Below are positions 48,790 through 58,697 of a stretch of DNA of 64,000 bases, in pieces. Made by a program: the position numbers and the translations under genes. The first letter of the stretch is position 1, and every line of letters begins with the position of its first letter. The stretch is taken from NCBI GenBank assembly GCA_034520565.1, contig JAXHNL010000001.1:64001-128000 (forward strand), in the 5' to 3' direction. The notes under the pieces are model-generated. The model worked only from the letters and a program-made list of their open reading frames with translations. It made no database searches and had not been told where the DNA came from. Source of the stretch: Halodesulfurarchaeum sp. (lineage in GTDB: Archaea > Halobacteriota > Halobacteria > Halobacteriales > Halobacteriaceae).

Positions 48790-49749
48790 TTACTCGAGTG
48801 CGGTTCGGAGTTCGCAGGCGCGACACACCGCCCGATCAGTCGGCGCACCGCAGTTCTCACAGACTCCCGACGGGCCAGTCTCGCCGTGACGCCGGTTCTC
48901 GGCAGCCAGACGTGCGGTTTCCTCGTAACCCGCCATGATCGAGTGACGGGTTCCGGGATGCTCGTCCTCGAGCGCGAGGAGGATATCCCTGACCGTGCCG
49001 CGGAAGGACTCGCTGGCGTAGGGACACTCCGCGATGTGAGCGGGGATCCCCGCCGTCCGAGCGTATAGCGCGACCTCCGATTCCGGAACTTCCCGGAGCG
49101 GTTTCGCCCGGGGGACGAAGGCCTCGCCGTCCTGTCTCGCCGAGAGCGGGGCCAAACTGGCGTCGTACTGTTGGGCCATCTGGTCGATATCCCCTTCGAG
49201 TACGTTCATCAGTGCCGTCTCGGCCTCGTCGTCGAGGTTGTGCCCGGTCAGTAAGACATCGGCGTCGTACTCCCGGGCCGCCTCCGCGAGCACGTCCCGA
49301 CGGAGTACCCCACAGTACGCACAGGGAGCCATCTCCCAGGGATCGTCCTCAACGATGTCGTCCATCTGCAGGTCGAACTTCGACTCGTAGCCTGTTTCGA
49401 CGTACTCGACGAGGCGGTCAGCGACGAGCGCCTCGGCCGCCGAGAGGCTCTCGTCCCGGTACCCCTCGATACCCTCGTGAACCGAAATAGCGACCAGTTC
49501 GACGCGAGGGTCCTGACCGAAGGTATCCGAAAGGATGTGGGTGAGGACGGCGCTGTCTTTCCCCCCAGAAAGCCCGATCAACCAGGTGACGGGATCGGCC
49601 GGCGTGGCGTCTCGCGGCAGCAAATCGTCCGCCCGAATCCGCCGGCGGACGCGACGCTCGACTGACTGCTGGAGGTGGTCCTCGCACAGATGCGCGCCGG
49701 AATAGGCCGCGTAATGCACCGCATCCCGGCCACACCGGTCACACTTCAT
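48790..49749 (-). CDS. ncsA: tRNA 2-thiolation protein NcsA/TtuA family
   Basis: CDRC, SGGKDS PP-loop, CAYCGVLRR, TGHNLDD, CENCG..CRAC. Confidence 0.9.
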   Translation of the reverse strand: MKCDRCGRDAVHYAAYSGAHLCEDHLQQSVERRVRRRIRADDLLPRDATPADPVTWLIGLSGGKDSAVLTHILSDTFGQDPRVELVAISVHEGIEGYRDESLSAAEALVADRLVEYVETGYESKFDLQMDDIVEDDPWEMAPCAYCGVLRRDVLAEAAREYDADVLLTGHNLDDEAETALMNVLEGDIDQMAQQYDASLAPLSARQDGEAFVPRAKPLREVPESEVALYARTAGIPAHIAECPYASESFRGTVRDILLALEDEHPGTRHSIMAGYEETARLAAENRRHGETGPSGVCENCGAPTDRAVCRACELRTALE

Positions 49750-49794
49750 CGCGTTGGCTTTGCCGACTCGGGGATTTCACCGTTTCGGCCCGAG

Positions 49795-50886
49795 TTAGTT
49801 CTCGAACTCGTCCTCGAAGGCGAAGGTGCCGTTTCGCTGGACGACCTCATCGTCGACCTCGATGCGTGAGTTCTCGCTCATGTCGACGATCATGTCCATG
49901 TGGATGGCCGAATCGTTGCGCTCGCGGTCCGGCCCGACCGTATCATCGTAGGCCCGGCCGAGGGCGAGGTGGACGGTGTCACCCATTTTCTCGTCGAAGA
50001 GCATGTTATACGTGAACTGGTCGATGGCACGGTTCATTCCGATCCCGAGTTCCCCGATACGTCTGGCCCCCTCGTCAGTCTCGAGGACGGCCGAAAGCAC
50101 GTCCTCGTTTTTCTCGGCAGCGTGGTCTACGACCTGGCCGTCCTCGAATTCGAGGGCCACGTCCGTGACCTCCCGACCCTGGGCCATCAGCGGCATGTCG
50201 AACAGAACCGTTCCCTCGACCGAATCCGGAACCGGGGCCGTAAACACCTCGCCGCCGGGGAGGTTGTGTTCGGCGTCGTCGTTCTCGGTGATCATCCCGT
50301 CGACGCTCATGGTGAGGTCCGTCTCCTCGCCGCTCACGATCCGGACCGTCGAGCCCTCGTCGAGTATTTCGACCATCTGGGCCTGGTGGGCGCGCTGGGC
50401 CTCCCAATCCTTGTTGATGGCGTCGTACACGAAGTCTTCGTAGGCTTCGGTACTCATCTCGGCGTCCTGGGCGTTCCCGGGTGCGGGAAACTGCGTGAGG
50501 ACCCAGCGCTTCTCCATCATCTCCTCGGAGACCGGCTGGTTTACCTTCTGATAGGCAGTGTTGACCGCGGGGTCCACGTCGCCCCGTTCGTTCGTGTTTC
50601 GATCCGCACGGACTCGAATCGCTGCGTCGGCCTCCGAAACCGCCGCATGCGTGTGTTCCGGCAACTCGAAGGCATCCGGATCAGCGGCCTTGAGAAAGGC
50701 CCGACTGGCCCGGGAACTCCCGCCCATCTGCATCGGATTCGCGTCGCGTTTCCCGAGTTCCTCGTACACGGCGACGACCAGGTCTTCGGCGACCGACGGC
50801 GCCGTCACGATGACGTTGTCGCCTGCTTCGATTTCCGCCGAGTGATCCACGAGAATTCGTGCGTGTTCCCGGATACGGGGATCCAT
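49795..50886 (-). CDS. M29 aminopeptidase (AmpS family)
   Basis: NLPGGEVFTAP, IGELGIG, LFDEKMGDTVHLALG, SAIHMD. Confidence 0.93.
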   Translation of the reverse strand: MDPRIREHARILVDHSAEIEAGDNVIVTAPSVAEDLVVAVYEELGKRDANPMQMGGSSRASRAFLKAADPDAFELPEHTHAAVSEADAAIRVRADRNTNERGDVDPAVNTAYQKVNQPVSEEMMEKRWVLTQFPAPGNAQDAEMSTEAYEDFVYDAINKDWEAQRAHQAQMVEILDEGSTVRIVSGEETDLTMSVDGMITENDDAEHNLPGGEVFTAPVPDSVEGTVLFDMPLMAQGREVTDVALEFEDGQVVDHAAEKNEDVLSAVLETDEGARRIGELGIGMNRAIDQFTYNMLFDEKMGDTVHLALGRAYDDTVGPDRERNDSAIHMDMIVDMSENSRIEVDDEVVQRNGTFAFEDEFEN

Positions 50887-50928
50887 GCCCAGCGGTTGGG
50901 GCCAGGGCACCTTAAAAAGTGAGTTCGA

Positions 50929-51720
50929 TCAGCCGACGTGACCGACGGCAACGTAAAACGGGACCGTCTCCCGGCGACGGTAGGTTTCGGATTGTACCTG
51001 TTCGACGATCGATCGGCCCATCGACTGCCACTCGTCCCGGAACCGACCGAATTCCGCCGACGTAAGCCCACCGTCGAGCATCGTCTCTCGATGGCCGTCG
51101 AGCCGGCTCGCAGTAACTTTTCGTCTGGCCGACTCGATCGCCGCCGCGGAGTAGGGCGGTTCAACCACCCGTTCGTGGACCATCCGAGAGACGGTAATCT
51201 CGGTGGACCCAGCTGCCTCGAAGAGCGCTCGCAGGTCGCGCCCGAGTCGGGAATCGGTCTCGAGTCCGGCCATGTAATACGAGCGGGCGCGGTTCGAGAG
51301 ACGGGGCTCCTCCTCGACCGTGGATTCGACCGTTACTTCGCCGTTGTCAGGTTCGACGGCCGCGATTCGGTCGGACGCAACTCGAGTGAATTCTCCGAGG
51401 ACCGCACGTGGATCGGGAACGTTTACGAGCAGGGCCTGACACGCCGCGAGGTCGACTGTGTCGTCCGAAAACGGGAGTTGCGTCGCTGCCCCCTGAAACG
51501 CGTCGGGCATGGCCCCCGCCTGAAGGAGTTCCCGATCAGCGTCGAGTGCGAGCACCTGCGCGGTGGATTCCTCGCGTAAGACGGCAGTGAACTCGCCAGT
51601 GCCGGCCCCAACGTCGAGAATCCGTTCCGGATCGCCGCGGACGACGGGGCCGAGGGGCGATCGATCGTCCCAGAGCCCGCGTCGGGTTTCGCGCAAGTAC
51701 TCCGGCGTAAACTGCCGCAC
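50929..51720 (-). CDS. Class I SAM-dependent methyltransferase
   Basis: ILDVGAGTGEF, LPFSDDTVDL, CQALLVN. Confidence 0.88.
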   Translation of the reverse strand: MRQFTPEYLRETRRGLWDDRSPLGPVVRGDPERILDVGAGTGEFTAVLREESTAQVLALDADRELLQAGAMPDAFQGAATQLPFSDDTVDLAACQALLVNVPDPRAVLGEFTRVASDRIAAVEPDNGEVTVESTVEEEPRLSNRARSYYMAGLETDSRLGRDLRALFEAAGSTEITVSRMVHERVVEPPYSAAAIESARRKVTASRLDGHRETMLDGGLTSAEFGRFRDEWQSMGRSIVEQVQSETYRRRETVPFYVAVGHVG

Positions 51721-51744
51721 AGGCGTGCTGGGATTCGTGTGAGG

Positions 51745-52575
51745 TTAAGCCTCCCGGAGTTCCGTGGCGCGCTCGATGTTCCACGCGAATCCACGGCCGT
51801 CCTCAGTCGGCGTTTCGAGGACGAAGGGACGGTCTCGCAGGGCCTCGTGGGAGAGGACTGCTCGGATCCCCTCGACGCCGATCTCGCCCTCGCCGAGGTG
51901 TGCGTGCTCGTCTTTGTTGGTGCCTACGCCGTGTTTGGAGTCGTTGAGGTGGATGCAGGCAAGCGATTTGAGGCCGATGACCTCGTCGAAGGCCGCGACG
52001 GTCTCGTCCACGGCTTCCGGGGTTGAGAGGTCGTAGCCGGCCGCAAACGCGTGTGCGGTGTCCAGGCAAACCTCGAGGTCCTGTTCGGACTGATCCAGCA
52101 CGCCGGCGAGGTGCTCGAAGTCACCCCCGAGCTTGGTCCCACTTCCCGCGTCCGATTCCACGAGGACGGAGACCCCATCCGGCACGTCGAGTTCGTCGAG
52201 CACGCTCGCGGCGTTCGCGATGCCGTCCTCGACGCCGGCCCCGGTATGGGCCCCGAGATGGACGTTTACGTACGGAATGTCGAGTTTCGCGGCCGCGTCG
52301 ACCTCCGCCTGCATCGAATCGACGGACTTCGCTCGAAGGTCGTCTTTCGGCGTCGCCAGATTGACCAGATAGGACGCGTGGATGACCCAGGGCCCCACCA
52401 ACTCGGCTGCGGTCTCTTCGACAAAGGTCGCTGCCTCGTCGTCGCCGATGTTCGGGTCCTGCCAGACCTGTGGAGAGTGCGTGAAGATTTGTCCACAGTT
52501 CCCACCCACCTCGAGTTGCCGACCCACCGCGTTGTCGACGCCGCCCGCGATAGAGACGTGTGCACCGATTCGCAT
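51745..52575 (-). CDS. nfo: Endonuclease IV (AP endonuclease)
   Basis: [40 protein letters not shown]. Confidence 0.95.
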   Translation of the reverse strand: MRIGAHVSIAGGVDNAVGRQLEVGGNCGQIFTHSPQVWQDPNIGDDEAATFVEETAAELVGPWVIHASYLVNLATPKDDLRAKSVDSMQAEVDAAAKLDIPYVNVHLGAHTGAGVEDGIANAASVLDELDVPDGVSVLVESDAGSGTKLGGDFEHLAGVLDQSEQDLEVCLDTAHAFAAGYDLSTPEAVDETVAAFDEVIGLKSLACIHLNDSKHGVGTNKDEHAHLGEGEIGVEGIRAVLSHEALRDRPFVLETPTEDGRGFAWNIERATELREA

Positions 52576-52756
52576 ACACCGTGTATTTGGGCCCGCAATA
52601 AGGCCCTTTCCCGTGAGGAAGTTCGTGCCGCGAGTCAAAGAAGGCGTTTCAACGGTGCCGCCAAAATTTTATATAGCGATATAGAGTGTATTATCGGGTG
52701 GTATCGTCCCCTTTTCGGGTCCATGTCCTTAAATGGGCGAAGTTTCTACCCATCCC

Positions 52757-53659
52757 ATGACCGAGCCAGTCGCCCGTCTGATGGCGGACCTCGAACCCGA
52801 GGATTTCCACCTCCTCTCGGGGGTCGAACACGGGATGCGGTTTTCGGAATGGGTGAATCGGAAGAAACTACCCAGGTTTTCCGGGCTCACATCGGAGAAC
52901 GTCGATTTTTACCTGAATCGGATGCTGGATTTCGAGCTGGTCGAACGCAAAACCATCCAATACGAGGGACTCAAGCTAACCAAAAAAGGATATGACGCCC
53001 TCGCACTGCACACGTTTGCCGAACGGGACACCGTCGAAGGTTTCGGCGCGCCGCTCGGGGTCGGCAAGGAAAGTGACGTCTACGAGGTCCAATCCTACAA
53101 GCCGCTCGCGTTGAAATTCCACCGAGAAGGGTTCGCGAATTTCCGTGAAGTCCATCGGGGACGAGAGTACACGGCCGACCGGGACCACGTGTCCTGGCTG
53201 TACACCGCCAGGAAAGCGGCCGAGCGTGAATTCGAAGTCCTCGAAGCGCTGTATCCGGACGTTTCGGTACCCCAGCCGATCGATCAGAACCGCCACGCGA
53301 TCGTGATGGAGAAAGTCCCTGGCGTCGAACTTGCGAAGGCGAAATTACCAAACGAGCAGGTCTCAGGGGTTCTCGAGCTGGTTTTGCGGGAAATTCAGTC
53401 CGCCTACGAGGCAGGCTACGTACACGCGGACATCAGCGAGTACAACGTCATCGTCGCGGAAAGCGGGATCACGCTTTTCGACTGGCCCCAGGCGGTTGGG
53501 ACCGATCACGAGAACAGCGAGGAATTCCTCAGGCGCGATATCGAAAACATCACGAACTACTTCGAGCGCAAATACCCAGGGCAAGTGGGGTCGGTTAATC
53601 TCGACCGAGTCACGACATCGATCGTCGCGGGCCAATTTTCCCAGTTGCCGGTCGAATAA
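52757..53659 (+). CDS. rio2: RIO2 serine/threonine kinase
   Basis: N-terminal winged helix, GVGKESDVY, KFHR, HADISEYN, DWPQ. Confidence 0.95.
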   Translation: MTEPVARLMADLEPEDFHLLSGVEHGMRFSEWVNRKKLPRFSGLTSENVDFYLNRMLDFELVERKTIQYEGLKLTKKGYDALALHTFAERDTVEGFGAPLGVGKESDVYEVQSYKPLALKFHREGFANFREVHRGREYTADRDHVSWLYTARKAAEREFEVLEALYPDVSVPQPIDQNRHAIVMEKVPGVELAKAKLPNEQVSGVLELVLREIQSAYEAGYVHADISEYNVIVAESGITLFDWPQAVGTDHENSEEFLRRDIENITNYFERKYPGQVGSVNLDRVTTSIVAGQFSQLPVE

Positions 53660-53786
53660 GGCAAATTGTGGCCGAAACCACCGAATCCAGATGGATGTAC
53701 GGCAAGGTATATACCACATATCGCTATAGCAAATGGGGGCCGACGAACAGAGTCTCTCGATTGGTGAAAACGGAAGCAACCAAAAC

Positions 53787-53978
53787 TTACAACTCGAGAA
53801 CGTCGAAACGCTTCTCCCGACACCGGTGGCACTCCCGGAGCCCCTCTTCCTCGGCGAGCGAGCGGTCGAGGACTTGATAGGCGCCAGGAAGCACCGGACA
53901 CTGCACCGCCGTGTGATAGACCTGTAGATTGGTCCCTTCGGCCTGAGAGATGTAGACGCGGTCGGGTCGTCGGGACAC
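53787..53978 (-). CDS. Small Zn-finger protein (VY..YH..C..CxxC)
   Basis: VYISQ..VYHTAVQC..AEEEGLRECHRC; TTAATT box about 27 nt upstream. Confidence 0.6.
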   Translation of the reverse strand: MSRRPDRVYISQAEGTNLQVYHTAVQCPVLPGAYQVLDRSLAEEEGLRECHRCREKRFDVLEL

Positions 53979-54017
53979 GTGTCACCCTGCACGCGGCTTC
54001 GAATTAAGGTTATTCCA

Positions 54018-55418
54018 CTAGAGGCCGCCGAAGGCGAAGAGGAGCAACAGGATAATGAGCAACACGAGGACGCCGAGAATGCGAATCGCGAACCGGGAGG
54101 GGGCCGCCCGTGACCCAGCATCGTCGACCGAAAGCGGGCCCAGCCTGTCCGCCGGTTTCGAATGTCCCATGAGTCGGGCGTACGCGACCCGGAGCCCATA
54201 CGTGATCGAGCCGATCGACCGAACCAACACGTAGGTGACGAACTGACCGAGTTCCCACAGCGTTTCTGCCGCCGGTTCCTCCGGCGGTTCCTCGGCGTGA
54301 TTCTCGGGTCGGCTGGTCGAATTGGCCAGCTGCTCACTTCCCTCGTTCCGATCGGGCTCGGTGGGCTCGGGAGGGGACGGTGGATCCGGTTCCGCGAGTT
54401 CGGGACTCGATTCCGATTCGTTTCCGGGCTCTTCGAGAACGGTCGGGGATCCGGCATCCAGTGGCTCGACCGTTTCGGCGTCCGTCCAATCGGTCTCGGA
54501 TGCGGGCGTATCCGAATCATCTTCGGGTTCAGCCTCCGTTTTTTCCCCGGAGGAAACGTGATCGACCGTCCTCTCAGCGGAGGCTCCCATCTCCTTCGTC
54601 GACGCGGTCAAATCGCGACGATTCGAGGCCGAAAGCGAGGGCGTCTCCCCGGCGTCAGCGGTCTTTTTCTCTCTGAATCGGACCTCACGAACCGTCTCCT
54701 CCCAGTCGGCGAGGAGGTACGCCGACCCGGTGTCCAGGTCCTTGACGTCCTCCGCGTATTCACTGCCGAGGATCGATCTGACGACACGAGTGTCGTTCTC
54801 CCAGGTCAATCGATGAAAGACGAGCCAGTCACACTGGGTGATGAAGTTCTTGTCGACGGAGGCAGGGCGCTGGGACATACCAAGGAGACCAAGACCACGT
54901 TTGCGACCCCGCTTGGCGATGCGGATGAGCATGTCACCGAGATCGTCGAGACCGCCCTGCTGGGGCAAGAACTCGTGAATTTCCTCGACGATCACCAGGA
55001 ACGGTTTGTTCTCACGCTTCTCGCGGGAGAACAACAGCTGTAAGACGTCAGTGACGACCCGCTCGGCCCGTTCGATTTCGAGGACTTCGGAAATGTCGAT
55101 AACCACGGGCCGGTGTTGATCGAGACAGAAGTCGACGACCTGACCAGGGTCGACTTCGAAGAGGCCGTGGTCGTAGTCGTCACCGTCCCCGATGTGAACG
55201 ACTTCGTACCGCTCGGAGAGGGTCGCGTATTCGCCCTCGATATCGACGATGAGGACCGGGAATCCCGTTTCCAGTAGCTCCTCGACGACGACACTCGCCG
55301 TATTGCTCTTCCCGGAACCACTCTTGCCGAAGATGGCACCGCGCCCGGTGAGCACCTCGATCACGGGGAGGGAGAGCCCGTCCCGGGACACGACGATCCG
55401 TTCCGTTTCGCCAGCCAT
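54018..55418 (-). CDS. HerA/DUF87-like P-loop ATPase with acidic linker and C-terminal TM anchor
   Basis: GKSGSGKSNT, VDIEGEY, IVEEIHEFLP, RGRKRGLG, SQRPA; terminal ILGVLVLLIILLLLFAF. Confidence 0.88.
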   Translation of the reverse strand: MAGETERIVVSRDGLSLPVIEVLTGRGAIFGKSGSGKSNTASVVVEELLETGFPVLIVDIEGEYATLSERYEVVHIGDGDDYDHGLFEVDPGQVVDFCLDQHRPVVIDISEVLEIERAERVVTDVLQLLFSREKRENKPFLVIVEEIHEFLPQQGGLDDLGDMLIRIAKRGRKRGLGLLGMSQRPASVDKNFITQCDWLVFHRLTWENDTRVVRSILGSEYAEDVKDLDTGSAYLLADWEETVREVRFREKKTADAGETPSLSASNRRDLTASTKEMGASAERTVDHVSSGEKTEAEPEDDSDTPASETDWTDAETVEPLDAGSPTVLEEPGNESESSPELAEPDPPSPPEPTEPDRNEGSEQLANSTSRPENHAEEPPEEPAAETLWELGQFVTYVLVRSIGSITYGLRVAYARLMGHSKPADRLGPLSVDDAGSRAAPSRFAIRILGVLVLLIILLLLFAFGGL

Positions 55419-55563
55419 TCGGACGGGGATTTGGTGGCCGGCGGTAAATACCTGCCGCGGTCGAACCGTTCGTGTCGGGTCCTCTCCTCCGGACTGCAGT
55501 CCCAACCCCCGATCACACGGTCGCTGTCAGTAGACTTTTGCCGGGGCCACGTCATCTTCGTGC

Positions 55564-55989
55564 ATGGCCTCCGGTCCAGACTGGCTGAATCGACACACCC
55601 TTCTCCGGGTCGTGGGCCCGATCCTGGGGTCGACGATCGTCCTGACTGCCACGTTTCTCGGCGCATTGGCACTGCTCGTCGGCGGAGTCGAAGGATTCAG
55701 CACCCGATTTCCGTACTACGTCCTGATTATGGCCCTTGGATTCGTCGGCGCACTGTTCGTCCTCGAACGACCCCGGATCGAGGGCAGCCAGGTGCTCATG
55801 GCAACGATCGGCGTCACTGTCACGGTATTCGTGGTGGTGACCCTCGCTGGTGAGGGGCTCGCCTACGCGGTTTCCTACCCAGCGGCGGTCTTTCAGCCGG
55901 ATTTTATCCTCTACCTTCTCGCAGCCGGACTTATCGGCAGCGGGCTGGCCTACTGGACGATTTCCCACTGGCGGGAGTTCACGAGGTAG
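55564..55989 (+). CDS. Hypothetical membrane protein (about 4 TM)
   Basis: Four hydrophobic segments; C-terminal YW..HWREF. Confidence 0.75.
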   Translation: MASGPDWLNRHTLLRVVGPILGSTIVLTATFLGALALLVGGVEGFSTRFPYYVLIMALGFVGALFVLERPRIEGSQVLMATIGVTVTVFVVVTLAGEGLAYAVSYPAAVFQPDFILYLLAAGLIGSGLAYWTISHWREFTR

Positions 55990-56910
55990 TCACTTTTCGT
56001 GTTCGGTGAGATCGCCAGCGGGGCGGTCGATCCGGTCGAATGCGTCCCTGACACCCGAGAGCTGCCGGTCGACGTCGTCAGCCTTCTTCGCGGCGTTATC
56101 GACGTGTCGTTCGAGCGTGGCCCACTCGTCCTCGACTTCCTCGAATCTGGCACCGAGTTCGGTCAGGTGATCGAGGACGGCCTCGGCCTCCTCGGAGAGC
56201 TTTCGGGCTTGGGCACCGGTCTTCAGAAGTTCGAGTTTGTGGCCCAGCGTGAGGGGCGAAACAACCTGGACGCCGCGTTTCGTGTACTCCCGGAGGAGAT
56301 CGTACTCCTCGGTGATGAGGTGGTAATAGACGCTTTCGGATGGGATATAGGCGAAGGCGAAGTCCGTCGTGCCCGCTTCAGGGCTGACGTAATCGCGCTC
56401 GATTTTCGCCAGTTGCTCCTCGACGGCGTTCCGAAACGCCGTCTTGTGTCGGGCCCGATTCGACGGGTCCTCGCTCTCGAGGAACCGTTCGTATCGATCG
56501 AGCGGGAACTTCGAGTCGATCGCCACGATGCCGTCGGGAGTCTCGACGTGTGCATCCGGGGTTTTCGACCCGACGACCTGCTCTCTGATGCCGTACATCC
56601 CCGGATGGAGGTGATCGGACAGCATCGCCTCGAGCTGCACTTCGCCGAACTCGCCGCGTTCCCGCGGCGCCCGAAGGAGTCGGTCGAAATCATCGTGAAG
56701 GGTCTCAATTTTCCCGGCCCGGTCCTCGATGCGGGAGACCGTCTCCCCGAAGTCCATCGAGGAGAGGCTTCTGGAAAGTGCCGCAGTGAGCTGATCGGTC
56801 TCCACGCCGGAGTCGGACTCGGAGACTGCCCGACGGACCTGAAAGAGCAGGGCGATCACCAAGAGGAGCCCGAGAAGCACGCCGCCGAGGAGAATCTCGC
56901 TGAGGGCCAT
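55990..56910 (-). CDS. rmuC: RmuC-family PD-(D/E)xK nuclease with N-terminal TM
   Basis: RGEFGEVQLE, PDAHV..IDSKFP, Y..TTDFAFAYIPSE, VSP, coiled-coil C-terminus. Confidence 0.88.
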   Translation of the reverse strand: MALSEILLGGVLLGLLLVIALLFQVRRAVSESDSGVETDQLTAALSRSLSSMDFGETVSRIEDRAGKIETLHDDFDRLLRAPRERGEFGEVQLEAMLSDHLHPGMYGIREQVVGSKTPDAHVETPDGIVAIDSKFPLDRYERFLESEDPSNRARHKTAFRNAVEEQLAKIERDYVSPEAGTTDFAFAYIPSESVYYHLITEEYDLLREYTKRGVQVVSPLTLGHKLELLKTGAQARKLSEEAEAVLDHLTELGARFEEVEDEWATLERHVDNAAKKADDVDRQLSGVRDAFDRIDRPAGDLTEHEK

Positions 56911-57014
56911 GCTCCCGACTTGCGGGCCCCGAGCCATGAATGTTCGTCCCCCTCGCATGAAAGCCGACGCCGGGGTTCGAAGGCTTATGTCCGGGCAAGC
57001 CAAAGCGACAGGCA

Positions 57015-58697
57015 ATGGAGTATGGCGCCCTCGTCGATCTCTACGCGGAACTCGAGGCGACCGACGCCGACACGGAACTGATCGATCGGATCGCGACGGA
57101 ACTCGAAGCGACCGATCCGTCTGTGCTTCCATTGCTCGTTACCTTATTGCAGGGCCGGCCGTTCGTCGCGTGGGACGACCGGGACCTGGGGGTCTCATCG
57201 AGTCTCACGCGAACGGCCATCGCGAAGGCAACGGGCCAGCCCGAGGACAAGATCGAGAACTGGTGGCGCGAGACCGGAGATCTGGGGAGTGCGGCCGCCA
57301 AGGCGGTCGAAAACGAGCGCCAACAAACCCTCTTCGGCCAATCGCTCACGGTAAAACGGGTTCAGGAGACCCTCGAAGCCATCGCGTCATACGAAGGGGC
57401 CGGGAGCCAAGAGCGGAAGATCGACGCGATCGCCGGCCTGCTTTCCGACGCCGACCCGGAAACGGCAACATACCTCGTCAGAACGGTACTCGGCCACCTC
57501 CGGATCGGCGTGGGCGAGGGGGTGATTCGGGACGCCATAGCACAGGCCTTCCTGTCGGACACCGATGAAGACCGGAACGCTGTCGAGCGAGCCTTCCAGG
57601 TGACAAACGACTACCGCCTGGTAGCCGAAACCGCCCGGGGGGCGGGACGGGCTGGACTCGACGAGCTCGAGGTGGAAGTCGGCCGGCCGATCGACGTAAT
57701 GCTCGCGGAAAAAGTCGAGTCGATCGAGGCGGGCGTCGAACACGTCACAGCGGAGCCGACGACCGTGCTCGCAGAGTACAAGTACGACGGCGTCCGCGCA
57801 CAGATCCACGTGGACGACGAGGAGGTACGCCTGTTTACCCGACGATTGACGGAGGTCACCGACCAGTTCCCCGACGTCGTCGCGGCCGTCGAGGCGGGGA
57901 TCGACGCCGAGCGGGCGATTCTGGAGGGCGAAATCGTCGGCTACGATCCCGAAACGGGCGAAATGGTCCCGTTTCAAACGCTGTCGAAGCGAATCAAACG
58001 CAAGTACGACATCGGGGCGGTCATCGAGGAAATTCCGGTCACCCTCGAGCTATTCGATGCGATGTACGTTGACGAATCGCTCCTCGACTGGCCACTCGAG
58101 AAGCGGCTCGGGGCCCTCGAATCGGTGCTGACCGAATCGAGGACCGACATCGAGCGGGCCGCAAACCGACGGTCGGGCGATCCGACCGAACTCGAATCGT
58201 TTTACGAGGATGCCCTCGAGGCGGGACAGGAGGGGCTGATGCTGAAAAACGCCCAGGCAACCTATCAGCCGGGAACCAGGGTGGGATACATGGTGAAAGT
58301 CAAGCCAACCCTCGAGACGCTCGATTTGGCCGTCGTCCGGGCGACCTACAGCGAGGGGCGGCGTTCGAACCAGTTGGGACGGCTGTATCTGGGGTGTCGA
58401 GACGAGGCGGCCGGGGAGTTCAGGGAGATCGGTCGGGTCTCGACCGGCTTCACCGACGAGGAGCTGGCGACGGTTACCGAGCGACTGGAACCACTGATCG
58501 TCGAAACCGACGGCCGGGACGTGACCCTCGAACCGGAGCTCGTTCTCGAGGTCGAGTTCGAGGAACTCCAGCAGTCTCCCGAGTACAGCTCGGGCTATGC
58601 GCTTCGCTTCCCGCGCTTCGTAAACTTCCGGGACGATCTCTCCCTCGAGGACGTCGACACGCTCTCGCGGGTCGAAAGACTCGCCGAATCACAATGA
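57015..58697 (+). CDS. ligA: ATP-dependent DNA ligase
   Basis: EYKYDGVRAQ motif I, EGE, FD, EGLMLK, ALRFPRF. Confidence 0.96.
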   Translation: MEYGALVDLYAELEATDADTELIDRIATELEATDPSVLPLLVTLLQGRPFVAWDDRDLGVSSSLTRTAIAKATGQPEDKIENWWRETGDLGSAAAKAVENERQQTLFGQSLTVKRVQETLEAIASYEGAGSQERKIDAIAGLLSDADPETATYLVRTVLGHLRIGVGEGVIRDAIAQAFLSDTDEDRNAVERAFQVTNDYRLVAETARGAGRAGLDELEVEVGRPIDVMLAEKVESIEAGVEHVTAEPTTVLAEYKYDGVRAQIHVDDEEVRLFTRRLTEVTDQFPDVVAAVEAGIDAERAILEGEIVGYDPETGEMVPFQTLSKRIKRKYDIGAVIEEIPVTLELFDAMYVDESLLDWPLEKRLGALESVLTESRTDIERAANRRSGDPTELESFYEDALEAGQEGLMLKNAQATYQPGTRVGYMVKVKPTLETLDLAVVRATYSEGRRSNQLGRLYLGCRDEAAGEFREIGRVSTGFTDEELATVTERLEPLIVETDGRDVTLEPELVLEVEFEELQQSPEYSSGYALRFPRFVNFRDDLSLEDVDTLSRVERLAESQ

